Counted from the stretch's first letter, positions 9,298-20,180 are shown. The stretch: DNA of 64,000 bases from an uncultured Rikenellaceae bacterium (GCA_964472085.1 CAYYIW010000013.1:1288-65287); one strand, 5' to 3'. Notes: generated by a model not told the origin, from the sequence alone. Numbers and translations: made by a program.

Positions 9298-10293
9298 CTA
9301 CATGATATTGCCTGTTTCGATATAAACCTCAAGCAGCCTGCTTTCTGTCACCGGCTCAAGGCTTATTTCCTTTATCATAGCCGGTACCAGGCATGTCTCC
9401 CCCCTGGCAAGTGTCTCATACGATTGATCCCACCTGATCTTCAGTTCTCCTTCAACGCATATATAGATGACGAATGAGTCATTCAGATAGTATTCCCTCT
9501 TCAAAGTTCTGTTGAACCTTATGATATTGGTATTAAAGAATTCACATTTCACCAGGTTCTCCAGTGTGTTGATTTCAGGTTGTTTTATTATCTTATGGTG
9601 TCCCGAGGCTGTAAAATCTATAGCGTCAAGTGCCAGGTCGGTATGCAGTTCTCTTTTTTCTATCCCGGTGTTTTTCCTGTTCCAGTCGAATATCCTGTAA
9701 GTTATATCCGAAGTCTGCTGGATCTCTGCGAGAACGGTACCTGCACCAATGGCATGCACTCTACCGGCAGGGGTAAAGAACACATCACCCGGTTCGGCAA
9801 TTTCAACATTAAGAAGATCGGCCAGGGTCCCTTCAGCAAGTGCATCAATGTACATTTCCTTTGTCACGCCTTCCTGAAAGCCAGTATATATCTTAGCATC
9901 TTTCTCGCTTTCAAGTATATACCACATCTCTGTTTTGCCGTAGGCACTATGTCTTTCCTTTGCCAATTCATTTCCCGGATGAACCTGGATAGACAGGTCT
10001 TTCCTGGCTTCAATAAGTTTAATCAGCAATGGAAACTCATTTCCGAACTTCTCATATATAATATCACCTGTAATATCACCCATATAAACCTCTATGAGCT
10101 CCTCAATATTATTACCGGCGAGAAATCCGTTACTTATAACAGACTGGCTATCGGATACAGCGGAAATCTCCCAGCTTTCCCCTATTTTTCCTGGACCCGA
10201 AGATTTTTTGTTATACCTTGAAACAAGAGCATCTCCACCCCAGACTTTCTCTTTTAATAAAGTTTCAAATTTAAAAGGATACAGATCGGACAT
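9298..10293 (-). CDS. manA: Class I mannose-6-phosphate isomerase
   Basis: Motifs KEKVWGG, LSIQVHP, ETEMWYIL and AGRVHAIGAG fit the cupin-type PMI. Confidence 0.85.
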   Translation of the reverse strand: MSDLYPFKFETLLKEKVWGGDALVSRYNKKSSGPGKIGESWEISAVSDSQSVISNGFLAGNNIEELIEVYMGDITGDIIYEKFGNEFPLLIKLIEARKDLSIQVHPGNELAKERHSAYGKTEMWYILESEKDAKIYTGFQEGVTKEMYIDALAEGTLADLLNVEIAEPGDVFFTPAGRVHAIGAGTVLAEIQQTSDITYRIFDWNRKNTGIEKRELHTDLALDAIDFTASGHHKIIKQPEINTLENLVKCEFFNTNIIRFNRTLKREYYLNDSFVIYICVEGELKIRWDQSYETLARGETCLVPAMIKEISLEPVTESRLLEVYIETGNIM

Positions 10294-10310
10294 TCTATAC
10301 TACAAATCGT

Positions 10311-10318
10311 TATTTTTG
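10311..10318 (+). promoter_or_regulatory. Candidate -7 box TATTTTTG upstream of udk
   Basis: Matches TAnnTTTG and ends 28 nt before the udk ATG. A mirror-image CAAAAATA at 10332-10339 could serve the divergent manA. Confidence 0.35.
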
Positions 10319-10346
10319 AAAATTAGTACTGCAAAAATAGTTAAAT

Positions 10347-10952
10347 ATGTTGATAGTAGGAATAGCAGGTGGAACAGGTTCCGGGAAAACCACAGTCGTT
10401 AAAAAGATCAAGGAAGTATTTCCAAATGATGAAGTAGTGGTTATCCCGCAGGATTCCTATTATCGTGATAATATAGGTATTCCGCTCGAAGAAAGGCAGA
10501 AAATAAATTTTGATCATCCCGATTCAGTTGAGTTTGAGCTATTGATTAAACATCTTGAGCAGCTGAGGGAGGGCAGCCCGATAGATATGCCGATATATTC
10601 CTATCTTACCTGCCTGAGGGCAAAGGAGACAATTACAATAAAGCCCGCCAGGGTTGTCCTGGTAGATGGAATCCTTATTCTGGCCGATATGGCACTGCGT
10701 AATATGTTTGATATTAAAGTGTTTGTTGATGCAGATGCTGATGATCGCCTGGGCAGGGTGATCCAACGGGATATCGTTGAAAGGGGACGCTCGGTACTCA
10801 CGGTTTTAAAGAGGTATCATGATACTGTCAAACCATCTCATCTTCAGTTTATAGAACCCTCAAAACGTTATGCGGATATCATTATTCCCGGGGGAGGGGA
10901 GAACGAAGTGGGCATAGGTGTGCTTCTCTCGATTATTGAAAAACATCTGTAA
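10347..10952 (+). CDS. udk: Uridine kinase
   Basis: P-loop IGIAGGTGSGKTT, NFDHPDS and RDIVERGR motifs. Confidence 0.9.
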   Translation: MLIVGIAGGTGSGKTTVVKKIKEVFPNDEVVVIPQDSYYRDNIGIPLEERQKINFDHPDSVEFELLIKHLEQLREGSPIDMPIYSYLTCLRAKETITIKPARVVLVDGILILADMALRNMFDIKVFVDADADDRLGRVIQRDIVERGRSVLTVLKRYHDTVKPSHLQFIEPSKRYADIIIPGGGENEVGIGVLLSIIEKHL

Positions 10953-10970
10953 AACATAAAGGACTGTAAT

Positions 10971-11696
10971 ATGCTTGATGACATAAGAATAGAGGATATA
11001 CTTTTCCTCGATATCGAGACTGTTCCTGTAACGTCGTCATGGGATGAACTTGATCCCTCTTTCAGGGAATTATGGGAGAAAAAATCGGTTCATTTCAGGA
11101 CTGAAGGACAGTCGGCTGGTGACGTCTATTCCAGGGCAGGGATATATAGTGAATTCGGGAAGATAATATGTATTTCCGTTGGCATGATAAAGGAAAGGGA
11201 TCCTTTGGGATTCCGGCTCAAGTCATTCTTTGGCAGTGACGAAAAAAAGCTATTAATAGAGTTTTCAGATATGTTGTCAAAATTCACGGGTGCCAGGAGG
11301 GAAGCGCTCCTGTGTGCACATAACGGTAAAGAATTTGACTATCCCTATATTGCCAGGAGAATGATAATAAACAACCTGGTTATACCTCCCATACTAGACA
11401 ATGCCGGGAAGAAACCATGGGAAATTAAGCTGCTTGACACATTGGACCTGTGGAAATTCGGCGATTATAAAAGTTATACCTCACTCAACCTTTTAACAGC
11501 AGTACTGGGAATCCCGACACCGAAGGACGACATAGACGGAAGCATGGTGGCAGATGTTTATTATGGCGACAATGATATAAACAGGATAGTATATTATTGT
11601 GAAAAGGATGTACTGGCCTCTGCCAGGGTTTTGCTGCGCTTAATGAATATGCCTTATCTTGCCGATGAAAGGGTGGAGTCGGTTACTTTCACCTAG
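10971..11696 (+). CDS. Predicted 3'-5' exonuclease (RNase H-fold, PolB-exonuclease-like)
   Basis: Exo I-like LFLDIETVP, Exo II-like CAHNGKEFDYPY and Exo III-like YYCEKDV. Confidence 0.6.
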   Translation: MLDDIRIEDILFLDIETVPVTSSWDELDPSFRELWEKKSVHFRTEGQSAGDVYSRAGIYSEFGKIICISVGMIKERDPLGFRLKSFFGSDEKKLLIEFSDMLSKFTGARREALLCAHNGKEFDYPYIARRMIINNLVIPPILDNAGKKPWEIKLLDTLDLWKFGDYKSYTSLNLLTAVLGIPTPKDDIDGSMVADVYYGDNDINRIVYYCEKDVLASARVLLRLMNMPYLADERVESVTFT

Positions 11697-11739
11697 AAGG
11701 TTCTTTTTGAAGTGTGACACTGCGTGTACATCCCGGGTA

Positions 11740-12546
11740 TCATTCTGCAGCATCGAGGAGCTTCATGAAACTATTTGTTGTGGCTTCGGGCTGATCGGCA
11801 TGCAGCCAGTGACCGGCATTTTTTATTTCAATAATTTCTGCCGACGGGAATAGTTTTTTGATATCATCATAATCGGAAGGCAGCAGGTAATCGGAATCTG
11901 CTCCTTTAAGAAAAATGACAGGGAAACCATGTACCTGTTTCGAATAGGCTGAACGACGGTCAATACCTTCCATTATCCTGTCAAGGTTCATAAGCAATGA
12001 ACTGACGTTTATTCTCCAGACGAACTGGTTATCATGCGTTCTCTGAAGGTTTTTCATTATAAAACCTGTTATTTTCTCAGAACCAATTTTCTTTTTGAGG
12101 GCATGTTCCACTTCCGTTCTTGATTTCATAAGAGAAGGATCGAGGCTATTCATGGCTTCCAGTATGGACAGGTGCCGTTCATAAGCCCTGGCAGCATTAG
12201 GCTGACCGGCAAAAGGAGTAATATCGGCGATAAGAAGACCGTTTAACATTTCAGGCCATTTAATGGCAAAAGCTGCAGCTGTTTTTCCTCCCATGCTGTG
12301 TCCGGCAAGAAAGAATTTTGATATACCAAGGTCTGTGATCAGTTCATGTAAATCATCCCTCATAGAGTCATAATCGTGCAGATCGCTATGTGGTGAACGG
12401 CCATGGTTTCTCTGATCAGGAAGATAAACCGTGAAGGTTTCGCCAAGCTTTTTTGCTATAGTAACCCAGTTATCTGAAGAGCCATAGAGCCCGTGTAAAA
12501 TGACAAGTGGTGGTCCGGATCCGTATTTCCTGTAAAAGAGCTTCAT
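11740..12546 (-). CDS. Alpha/beta-fold hydrolase
   Basis: HGLYGSS oxyanion region, nucleophile elbow GHSMGG, and a C-terminal GHWLH catalytic His. Confidence 0.8.
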   Translation of the reverse strand: MKLFYRKYGSGPPLVILHGLYGSSDNWVTIAKKLGETFTVYLPDQRNHGRSPHSDLHDYDSMRDDLHELITDLGISKFFLAGHSMGGKTAAAFAIKWPEMLNGLLIADITPFAGQPNAARAYERHLSILEAMNSLDPSLMKSRTEVEHALKKKIGSEKITGFIMKNLQRTHDNQFVWRINVSSLLMNLDRIMEGIDRRSAYSKQVHGFPVIFLKGADSDYLLPSDYDDIKKLFPSAEIIEIKNAGHWLHADQPEATTNSFMKLLDAAE

Positions 12547-12554
12547 GGGTGAAT

Positions 12555-13268
12555 TCAGGCAAGCTGTCTTTTATACATCTGTATTGAGTTTTCAAGACCC
12601 AGGTAAAGTGCATCAGATATCAGTGCATGACCAATGGAGACTTCATCTAACCAGGGTATATTCTGATGGAAATATCTCAGGTTATCAAGATTCAGGTCAT
12701 GTCCTGCATTGACTCCAAGTCCAGCCTGCCTGGCAACTTCAGCGGCTTTAATAAACGGCTCAACAGCTTCTATGGCATTACTGCTGCATATATTAGCATA
12801 TGGTTCAGTATAAAGTTCAATCCTGTCAGCTTCTGTAAGAGCAGCATTCTCAATATTCACAGGTATAGTATCGACGAACAGGGAGGTTCTTATACCTTCT
12901 TTTTTGAAAGTTGTAACAATATCTTTCAGGAAGCTTCTGTTTTTAACTGTATCCCAGCCGGCATTGGATGTGATGGCATCATGGGCATCAGGTACAAGAG
13001 TAACCTGGTCGGGTTTTACGGAAAGTACAAGTGCTATGAATTTATCCGACGGATAACCTTCAATATTGAATTCGGTGGTTATTATGGTTTTTATTTCCAT
13101 AACGTCGACATACCTTATATGTCTCTCATCAGGACGTGGGTGAACTGTTATCCCGTCGGCACCGAAAAGCTGGCAGTTAATAGCCGCGTTAAGAACATTG
13201 GGAATATTTCCGCCCCGGGCATTTCTGAGTGTGGCTATTTTATTGATATTAACGCTTAATTTTGTCAT
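12555..13268 (-). CDS. pdxJ: Pyridoxine 5'-phosphate synthase
   Basis: Motifs [24 protein letters not shown] and NAGHDLN. I place the start at the inner ATG (MTKLSVN). The track start is 13292. Confidence 0.9.
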   Translation of the reverse strand: MTKLSVNINKIATLRNARGGNIPNVLNAAINCQLFGADGITVHPRPDERHIRYVDVMEIKTIITTEFNIEGYPSDKFIALVLSVKPDQVTLVPDAHDAITSNAGWDTVKNRSFLKDIVTTFKKEGIRTSLFVDTIPVNIENAALTEADRIELYTEPYANICSSNAIEAVEPFIKAAEVARQAGLGVNAGHDLNLDNLRYFHQNIPWLDEVSIGHALISDALYLGLENSIQMYKRQLA

Positions 13269-13363
13269 GTTAACTGATATATGATTTATCAATACCGCAA
13301 TTGTGGTGCAAAATTACAATAACTGACTTTTTTTTTACTACTTTAGTTGAAAATAAAACACAT

Positions 13364-14029
13364 ATGGTAGCCAAAGACTTGATATCGCAGGTAATACCTT
13401 CTCTTAAGACATCTGATACAGGACAGACTGCCCTGAACTGGATGGAGATCTTCAGGATATCTCATTTGCCCATTGTGAATAACCAGGATTTCCTGGGTCT
13501 TATTTCAGATGCTGATATATACGATATGAATCAGCCGGAAGAATCGATAGGCAACCATGCTCTTGCTCTTTTCAAACCTTATGTATCAACTGAACAGCAC
13601 ATATTTGAGGTCATCGGGCTTGCCTCGAGGCTTAAACTATCGGTAGTACCGGTACTTGATAACCAGAATCATTACAAGGGAGTTATCACCACCACGGACC
13701 TGATACGTCATCTGGCGGGTATTTCGTCACTTGACCAGCCGGGAGGTATCATAGTGCTTGAGATGACGGAGCGCGATTATTCTCTTTCCCAGATTGCCCA
13801 GATCATAGAAGGCAACAATGTTAAGGTCCTGAGTATTTACATTACATCACCTAAGGATTCCACCAAGATGGAGGTCACCATTAAAGTTAATACAAGCGAT
13901 CTCTCATCTGTCATAAGGACTTTTGAAAGATATAACTATGAGGTTAAGACATGGGTTACCACAAATGATACTATGGATGACTTTTATTCGGAGCGGTACG
14001 ACCAGTTGATGAAATATCTAAATATCTGA
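13364..14029 (+). CDS. CBS-domain pair protein
   Basis: Two CBS-like units (HLPIVNNQDFLGLISDADI and VVPVLDNQNHYKGVITTTDL). The ATG at 13364 is preferred over the TTG at 13301. Its stop abuts the nadK ATG. Confidence 0.7.
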   Translation: MVAKDLISQVIPSLKTSDTGQTALNWMEIFRISHLPIVNNQDFLGLISDADIYDMNQPEESIGNHALALFKPYVSTEQHIFEVIGLASRLKLSVVPVLDNQNHYKGVITTTDLIRHLAGISSLDQPGGIIVLEMTERDYSLSQIAQIIEGNNVKVLSIYITSPKDSTKMEVTIKVNTSDLSSVIRTFERYNYEVKTWVTTNDTMDDFYSERYDQLMKYLNI

Positions 14030-14911
14030 ATGAGTATGCTGGAAAGAGTTGCCATTTACAGCAAGGATAATAATCTGAAAACCAGGGAAGGGGTCAGCAG
14101 GCTTATCGATGAGTTCTGCAGCAGGGGCATTAGGACTCAGATACATCAGAAAAACATTGATATTTCTGCTTACAGGTGTGGGGAAATGATTGAACATATA
14201 CCTGATCCCTCGGTAAAAGCAGAGCGACCCGATCTTGTTTTAAGTGTAGGTGGTGACGGTACCTTTCTTGAAACGGTTCTGAAGGTAAAAAATAAGGGAG
14301 TTCCCGTTGCAGGGGTCAATACGGGAAGGATGGGTTTCCTGGCTAATATACCGGCTGATGAGATAAGTCATTCCATTGATCTGCTCTGCGAGGGTGAGTA
14401 TGAGATAGTTGAAAGATGTATGCTGGAAATTGTAAAGCCTTCAGGGCTTTTCGATGAAAACGGGTCAGCTCTCAACGAGATTACAATTCAAAAGGCCGAT
14501 CCCAGTATGATCACAATAAATGTTTATGTTGATGATACTTATCTTAATACATACTGGTCCGATGGTCTTATAGTGTCAACGGCTACGGGTTCGACTGCAT
14601 ACAACCTGAGTGTGGGAGGTCCTATACTTTCACCCGAGGATGATAGTTTTATAATATCACCTATCTCTCCTCATAACCTTACTATTCGTCCTATTATTAT
14701 CTCCGGAGACAGCAGGTTGAGAATGGTTGTGGAAGGGAGAAGCAATGATTTTATTGCAACAAGTGATTTCAGGTCGGCACGGGTATCTTTTTCAGATGAG
14801 ATACATATATCAAGGGCTCCCGTTAACCTAAAGACTGTTATGCTGAAAAGTATGGATTTCTACAGTACATTAAGGAATAAGCTGATGTGGGGCGCCGACC
14901 GGAGGAATTGA
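14030..14911 (+). CDS. nadK: NAD+ kinase
   Basis: Motifs GGDGTFL, NTGRMGFLA and TGSTAYNLS. Confidence 0.9.
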   Translation: MSMLERVAIYSKDNNLKTREGVSRLIDEFCSRGIRTQIHQKNIDISAYRCGEMIEHIPDPSVKAERPDLVLSVGGDGTFLETVLKVKNKGVPVAGVNTGRMGFLANIPADEISHSIDLLCEGEYEIVERCMLEIVKPSGLFDENGSALNEITIQKADPSMITINVYVDDTYLNTYWSDGLIVSTATGSTAYNLSVGGPILSPEDDSFIISPISPHNLTIRPIIISGDSRLRMVVEGRSNDFIATSDFRSARVSFSDEIHISRAPVNLKTVMLKSMDFYSTLRNKLMWGADRRN

Positions 14912-15106
14912 CTTAATAATTACTATATTTGCGACGACCTTAAATCTAAAGTGCTTATGAAGCGATCCGATTTGGCCGGTCATCATCCGCAATATTCCGG
15001 CTATTATGACGTTTATTATTGTTTGAATTTCACATTTACTCACAAACTGAATACCGGGCCCGCAGGGTTACCATCATTCAGATGATAATGAGATGGCACA
15101 GTATTA

Positions 15107-15784
15107 ATGAAAAGGATAATCGGTACTTCTTTGTTTATTATAACGGCACTGGCTGCATCCGGGCAGAGAAGTTCTGATTTCGGTGTTCTTGCGGGTGTTA
15201 CTTCTTACATCGGTGATATTAATCCCGGGAGGTTATTATATGATCCCTCTCCTGCAGCAGGTGCCTTATACAGGTTTAATCTTCATCCCAGGCAATCGTT
15301 GCGCGCCAGCTTTATCTATGGTGGTTTAAGAGGAAATGATCTTGATTTCAACAATTCTTTCCAGATAGCACGCGGAGCTTCTTTCTCGGGTACGGTAGGA
15401 GAGGTGGCAGTCCAGTTTGAGTTCAATTTTTTCCCTTATACATTAGGAGGCAAACGATGGGACTGGACTCCTTATCTTGCAGCCGGAGTAGGAATTGCCT
15501 TTATTAATACCACCTCCTATACATATGTCCCTGTTATCCCATTCTCTGCAGGTTTCAGAATAAATATATACAAAAATTTAGGATTAGAGATTGAATATGG
15601 TTTTCGTAAAACTTTTTATGATAACTTTGACGGCCTGAAAGATTTGGTTGCCCCGTCTGACTACACATGGACGCACAATAATGACTGGTACACTTTTACA
15701 GGTATAGCATTAACGTGGAAGATCTATAACAAGTTGGCCGGATGTCCTGCTTACAGTGACGTGGATTCCCAGAGAAAACGTTAG
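15107..15784 (+). CDS. Outer-membrane beta-barrel protein (DUF6089-like)
   Basis: Signal peptide, alternating beta-strand pattern and an aromatic C-terminal region. From memory, its position upstream of uppS-bamA is the conserved Bacteroidota arrangement. Confidence 0.6.
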   Translation: MKRIIGTSLFIITALAASGQRSSDFGVLAGVTSYIGDINPGRLLYDPSPAAGALYRFNLHPRQSLRASFIYGGLRGNDLDFNNSFQIARGASFSGTVGEVAVQFEFNFFPYTLGGKRWDWTPYLAAGVGIAFINTTSYTYVPVIPFSAGFRINIYKNLGLEIEYGFRKTFYDNFDGLKDLVAPSDYTWTHNNDWYTFTGIALTWKIYNKLAGCPAYSDVDSQRKR

Positions 15785-15787
15785 GAT

Positions 15788-16534
15788 ATGCAATTAAGGA
15801 AACAGATAGATGCCAGTAAATTGCCTTCGCATGTGGCAATAATTATGGATGGAAACGGACGGTGGGCGCGGCAACGCGGTCTCGAAAGGGCATTTGGACA
15901 CCAGCAGGGAGTTAATGCTGTAAGGGAAGTCTTGGAAGCTGCTGCGGAGCTGGGTATCGGTTATCTGACCCTTTATGCTTTTTCTACCGAAAACTGGGCA
16001 AGACCCGACGAGGAGATCTCTGCCCTGATGGGTATTATGATACAGTCTCTTAACAATGAAACGGATACTCTTTTAAAAAACAACATCCGGATGAGAGCCA
16101 TTGGAGATGTTAACAGGCTGGCGCCGGATGTACAGAACCGCCTCTTTGAAACAATAAACCTGACTTCCGTAAGCACAGGGCTGAATCTGGTTATCGCTAT
16201 CAGCTACAGTTCACGCTGGGAGATAGCAGAGGCAGCCAGGAGGCTGGCAGCAGATGTTAAGAAAGGGATAATGGATCCCATGTCTGTTACTGAGGATGAT
16301 TTTGAGAAATATCTTACCACTTACGGTATTCCCGATCCTGAACTGATGATCAGGACCAGTGGTGAAATAAGAATTAGCAATTTTCTTTTATGGCAGATGG
16401 CATATACGGAATTATACTTTACTGAAAAACTTTGGCCCGATTTTGGTAAGGATGATTTTTACAGTGCCATTAAAGACTATCAGAAAAGAGAAAGGCGTTT
16501 TGGAAGAACGAGTGAACAAAGTTTGGAAAAATAA
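15788..16534 (+). CDS. uppS: Undecaprenyl-diphosphate synthase (isoprenyl transferase)
   Basis: Motifs HVAIIMDGNGRWA, LYAFSTENW and IRTSGEIRISNFLLWQ. Confidence 0.95.
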   Translation: MQLRKQIDASKLPSHVAIIMDGNGRWARQRGLERAFGHQQGVNAVREVLEAAAELGIGYLTLYAFSTENWARPDEEISALMGIMIQSLNNETDTLLKNNIRMRAIGDVNRLAPDVQNRLFETINLTSVSTGLNLVIAISYSSRWEIAEAARRLAADVKKGIMDPMSVTEDDFEKYLTTYGIPDPELMIRTSGEIRISNFLLWQMAYTELYFTEKLWPDFGKDDFYSAIKDYQKRERRFGRTSEQSLEK

Positions 16535-16538
16535 TTTA

Positions 16539-19058
16539 ATGATCGTGAGCAGCAAAATTAAAAGTACTTTTTTGGCACTGTTACTGACTCTGACGAGTCT
16601 ATCACTTTTTGCACAGGAGAAGGAGGAGATAATAAATTACTCAATGCCCGAACAATATGTTATAGCAGGACTTTCCGTTACAGGGGTTCGTTTTCTCGAT
16701 ACCAATGCTCTCATTGGTATTTCGGGTCTGCGAAAAGGTCAGGAGATTACCATTCCGGGCGATGCCATAACCACCGCAGTTCAGAAGCTGTGGCAACAGG
16801 GCCTTTTCTCAGACGTGCGTATCTCAATTGATAAAACCGTTGCGGATTCAGTTTATCTCGATATATACCTGCAGGAACGTCCGCGAATTTCTGCCGTAAA
16901 ATATAACGGTATGAAAAGTACCGAAACGCAGGACCTTGTCAAGAAGATTAATCTTCCGATAGGTTCACAGGTTACAGATTACCTGCTTAATACTGCCAAA
17001 AAAATAATTGTTGATCATTTTGTGGAAAAGGGCTTCCTCAATACGACTGTCAATTTTGTACAGAAGGCTGATCCTGATCAGCCCAATAATGTTGTTCTCA
17101 CTATCAATGTGGATAAAAAACAAAGGGTTAAGATCGGTGAGATAAAATTTGTAGGGAATGAGTATTTCGATAACTCAAAATTGAGGAGGCAGTTTAAAAA
17201 GACAAAGAAGAAGAACCTTAACTTCTTCAGGTCCTCAAAGTTCATAGAGGAGAAATATGAAGAGGATAAGCAAAAACTATATACCTTTTATAATGATAAC
17301 GGGTTCAAGGATTTTCAGATAGTATCGGATTCCATGTTCCATATCTCCAACGACCGCGTGGGACTTATAATAAAGGTCAGTGAGGGTCAGCAGTACTTCC
17401 TTCGTAACATTAACTGGGTAGGTAACAGTGTCTACACCAAAGACGTGTTGCAAAGAGCATTCAACGTGAAGAAAGGTACAATATATAACCAATCGCTGAT
17501 CGATGACAGGCTTAACGGTACTGCAGGGGCTCAGGATCCTGTCAGCAACCTGTACCAGGATAACGGTTATCTTTTCTCACGTCTGACACCGGTTGAGGCA
17601 AAGGTTGATAATGATTCCATTGATCTTGAGATAAGGATCTATGAGGGTGACCAGGCATACCTGAACAATGTGATCATATCGGGGAACACCCGTACCAATG
17701 AACATGTTGCACGGCGAGAACTCTATACCCTGCCTGGCGATCTGTTCAGCAAGGATAAAATAATACGTTCAATACGACAGCTTGGTGTCCTGGGTCATTT
17801 CGATCCTGAGAAGATAAATCCTACACCACTGCCTGATATAACAAACGGCACCGTGGACCTTTTATACAAACTTGAAGAGAAGGCTGATGACCAGTTCGAA
17901 ATATCAGGCGGCTGGGGAGCGGGAATGCTTGTCGGTACGATTGGAGTAAGGTTTAATAACGTTTCTATCAAACATTTTCTTGATCTCAAGAGATGGAAGC
18001 CCTATCCGTCGGGTGACGGACAATCGATAAGTATCAGGGCCCAGTCAAACGGCCGTATTTACCAGTCATATAATATTTCCTTTATTGAACCCTGGCTGGG
18101 AGGAAAAAATCCTAACTCATTCTCGGTTTCATTATACAGGTCGGTGATGACCAATGGTAAAAAGAAGGGTGAGGACGGACGCCAGTCGATGATTATCGAC
18201 GGAGCCAGTATAGGACTTGGCAAGCGTCTTTCATGGCCTGATGATTATTTTTCAATTTATGGTGAACTCAGTTACCAGAGGTATAACCTGAATAATTACA
18301 ATGTTTACAGGTTCCTGTTTCAGAACGGTACATCCAACCTGCTGAGCTTTACAGCCAAGCTGACACGGTTCTCAACAAGTCCTAACCTTATTTACCCGAG
18401 AAGCGGATCTTCCTTCACTCTTTCTGTACAGGCCACACCTCCATATTCCGCAATCAGCGGTAAAGATATGAGTAACGTTTCCGATGAGGTTAAATATAAA
18501 TGGATTGAATTCCACAAATGGACATTCAAAGCTGATTACTATTACCCGTTATCGAAAAATGATAAACTTGTGCTGGATACCAGGTTCTCCTTCGGATACC
18601 TCGGTTTCTATAACAAGAAGATAGGACCTTCACCATTTGAGAATTACTACCTTGGTGGTGATGGTATGACAGGATATAGTTTCTACGGAAGGGAAGTAAT
18701 TGCCCTGAGGGGCTATACCAACGGATCCCTTACACCGACGGACCCAAAAACAGGCGCATCGGCCGGTAACGTTTATTCAAAGATAACAGCCGAGCTGAGA
18801 TACCCGGTTACATTGAATCCTTCAGCAACTATATATGTGCTTACCTTCCTCGAAGCAGGTAAGGCCTGGTATAAGCTCAACCAGTATAATCCGTTCAGGA
18901 TGAACCGTTCAGCAGGAATTGGTGTAAGGGCTAATCTCCCGATGTTCGGGTTGCTGGGGATCGACTGGGGATACGGATTCGATCCCGTTGATGATCCTAC
19001 CAACTATCCAAATGCTAACCATTCACAATTTCATTTTGTAATAGGACAACAATTTTAG
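16539..19058 (+). CDS. bamA: Outer membrane protein assembly factor BamA
   Basis: Signal peptide, POTRA-like repeats and a C-terminal Omp85 barrel ending ...FHFVIGQQF. The ATG at 16539 is preferred because the track start at 16443 overlaps uppS. Confidence 0.9.
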   Translation: MIVSSKIKSTFLALLLTLTSLSLFAQEKEEIINYSMPEQYVIAGLSVTGVRFLDTNALIGISGLRKGQEITIPGDAITTAVQKLWQQGLFSDVRISIDKTVADSVYLDIYLQERPRISAVKYNGMKSTETQDLVKKINLPIGSQVTDYLLNTAKKIIVDHFVEKGFLNTTVNFVQKADPDQPNNVVLTINVDKKQRVKIGEIKFVGNEYFDNSKLRRQFKKTKKKNLNFFRSSKFIEEKYEEDKQKLYTFYNDNGFKDFQIVSDSMFHISNDRVGLIIKVSEGQQYFLRNINWVGNSVYTKDVLQRAFNVKKGTIYNQSLIDDRLNGTAGAQDPVSNLYQDNGYLFSRLTPVEAKVDNDSIDLEIRIYEGDQAYLNNVIISGNTRTNEHVARRELYTLPGDLFSKDKIIRSIRQLGVLGHFDPEKINPTPLPDITNGTVDLLYKLEEKADDQFEISGGWGAGMLVGTIGVRFNNVSIKHFLDLKRWKPYPSGDGQSISIRAQSNGRIYQSYNISFIEPWLGGKNPNSFSVSLYRSVMTNGKKKGEDGRQSMIIDGASIGLGKRLSWPDDYFSIYGELSYQRYNLNNYNVYRFLFQNGTSNLLSFTAKLTRFSTSPNLIYPRSGSSFTLSVQATPPYSAISGKDMSNVSDEVKYKWIEFHKWTFKADYYYPLSKNDKLVLDTRFSFGYLGFYNKKIGPSPFENYYLGGDGMTGYSFYGREVIALRGYTNGSLTPTDPKTGASAGNVYSKITAELRYPVTLNPSATIYVLTFLEAGKAWYKLNQYNPFRMNRSAGIGVRANLPMFGLLGIDWGYGFDPVDDPTNYPNANHSQFHFVIGQQF

Positions 19059-19082
19059 TCAACCAATTTTAAATCAAAGACC

Positions 19083-19598
19083 ATGAAGAAGATAAGTGTA
19101 TTAACCGTTTTGTTTTTTCTGACCGCGGCAGTGACCATGGCACAGAAATATGCATTTGTTGATTCTGAATATATCCGGAAGAATATTCCGGCTTTTAATG
19201 CTGCACAGGACCAGCTTGACAAGCTTTCACAACAATGGGAAAAAGAAGTTTCTGACGGATATGCTGTTGTGGAACAGATGTATAAATCATACCAGAATGA
19301 TGCTGTTCTTCTCTCTCAGGAAATGAAAACGAAGAGGGAAAATGCCATCACAGCGAAGGAGAAAGAAATGAGGGACCTGCAGAACAAGTATTTCGGTATG
19401 GATGGGGAACTGTTCAAGAAAAGAGAAGAACTCATCAAGCCGATCCAGGATGAAATACTGAAAGCAATAAAGGAGATAGCTGTAGACGGCAGTTATGCCG
19501 TGATTTTTGACACGGCAGGTGGCGGTAACATACTGTTTGCCAACCCAAAATACGATATCAGCGACGAGGTTCTGCAAAAATTAGGTTATAAAAATTAA
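19083..19598 (+). CDS. OmpH/Skp-family periplasmic chaperone
   Basis: Signal peptide followed by a long Lys/Glu/Gln-rich coiled-coil. Located downstream of bamA. Confidence 0.8.
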   Translation: MKKISVLTVLFFLTAAVTMAQKYAFVDSEYIRKNIPAFNAAQDQLDKLSQQWEKEVSDGYAVVEQMYKSYQNDAVLLSQEMKTKRENAITAKEKEMRDLQNKYFGMDGELFKKREELIKPIQDEILKAIKEIAVDGSYAVIFDTAGGGNILFANPKYDISDEVLQKLGYKN

Positions 19599-19638
19599 TT
19601 AATTACATTTGCATTTATTCTTTACTAAAATTACTAAA

Positions 19639-20160
19639 ATGAAAAGATTTATTGGAATAGCGGCATTAGCAATTACTGTTGCTTTGTTTGGGCAGAATAT
19701 AAAAGCTCAGAATTTCAAGTTCGGGCATATTAACAGTGATGAACTCATCCAGTCAATGCCGGAATTTGATTCAGCACAGGTTAAGCTTGAGAATTTCCGT
19801 AAGGAACTTGTTAATGCTCTTGAATTGATGTCTGTGGAGTTGAATAACAAGAGTGATACATATCAGAAAGAAAGCAAGAATTATACTGACATTGTAAAAC
19901 AAACAAAACAGCAGGAACTGACAGATCTTAACAGGAGGATACAGGAGTTCCAGTCAAATGCACAGCAGCAGTTGCAGGATAAGCAGGTGGAACTCTTCCA
20001 ACCTATATATTCAAAGGTGGATTCCGTTATTAAGGATGTTGGCAAGGCAAACGGTTTTACATATATCTTTGATGTGGCAAAGGGTTCGATACTCTATTTC
20101 GATACATCAAAGAGTACGGATGTTTTACCGCTTGTTAAGACCAAACTTGGTTTGAAGTAA
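19639..20160 (+). CDS. OmpH/Skp-family periplasmic chaperone (second copy)
   Basis: MKRFIGIAALAITVALF signal followed by a coiled-coil. The ATG at 19639 is preferred over the TTG at 19609. Confidence 0.8.
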   Translation: MKRFIGIAALAITVALFGQNIKAQNFKFGHINSDELIQSMPEFDSAQVKLENFRKELVNALELMSVELNNKSDTYQKESKNYTDIVKQTKQQELTDLNRRIQEFQSNAQQQLQDKQVELFQPIYSKVDSVIKDVGKANGFTYIFDVAKGSILYFDTSKSTDVLPLVKTKLGLK

Positions 20161-20180
20161 TATAAGTAAATTATATTTAA

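Noticed and set aside
9580-10221. 213-aa plus-strand ORF
   Set aside because: Antisense to manA, which has clear PMI motifs. The product has no recognisable features.
12666-13259. 197-aa plus-strand ORF
   Set aside because: Antisense to pdxJ, so a shadow ORF.
14912-15106. 195-bp spacer after nadK, considered as a small RNA gene or a 24-codon ORF (MKRSDLAGHHPQYSGYYDVYYCLN)
   Set aside because: It has only a TATATTTG box (14924-14931) and a weak GCCGG/CCGGC stem. It has no SRP/6S/tmRNA-like motifs and no evidence for translation. It is most simply the promoter and leader of the DUF6089-uppS-bamA operon.
16443-16538. N-terminal extension of bamA overlapping uppS by 92 nt
   Set aside because: The extension is translated out of frame across the uppS 3' end. 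The ATG at 16539 gives a normal signal peptide.
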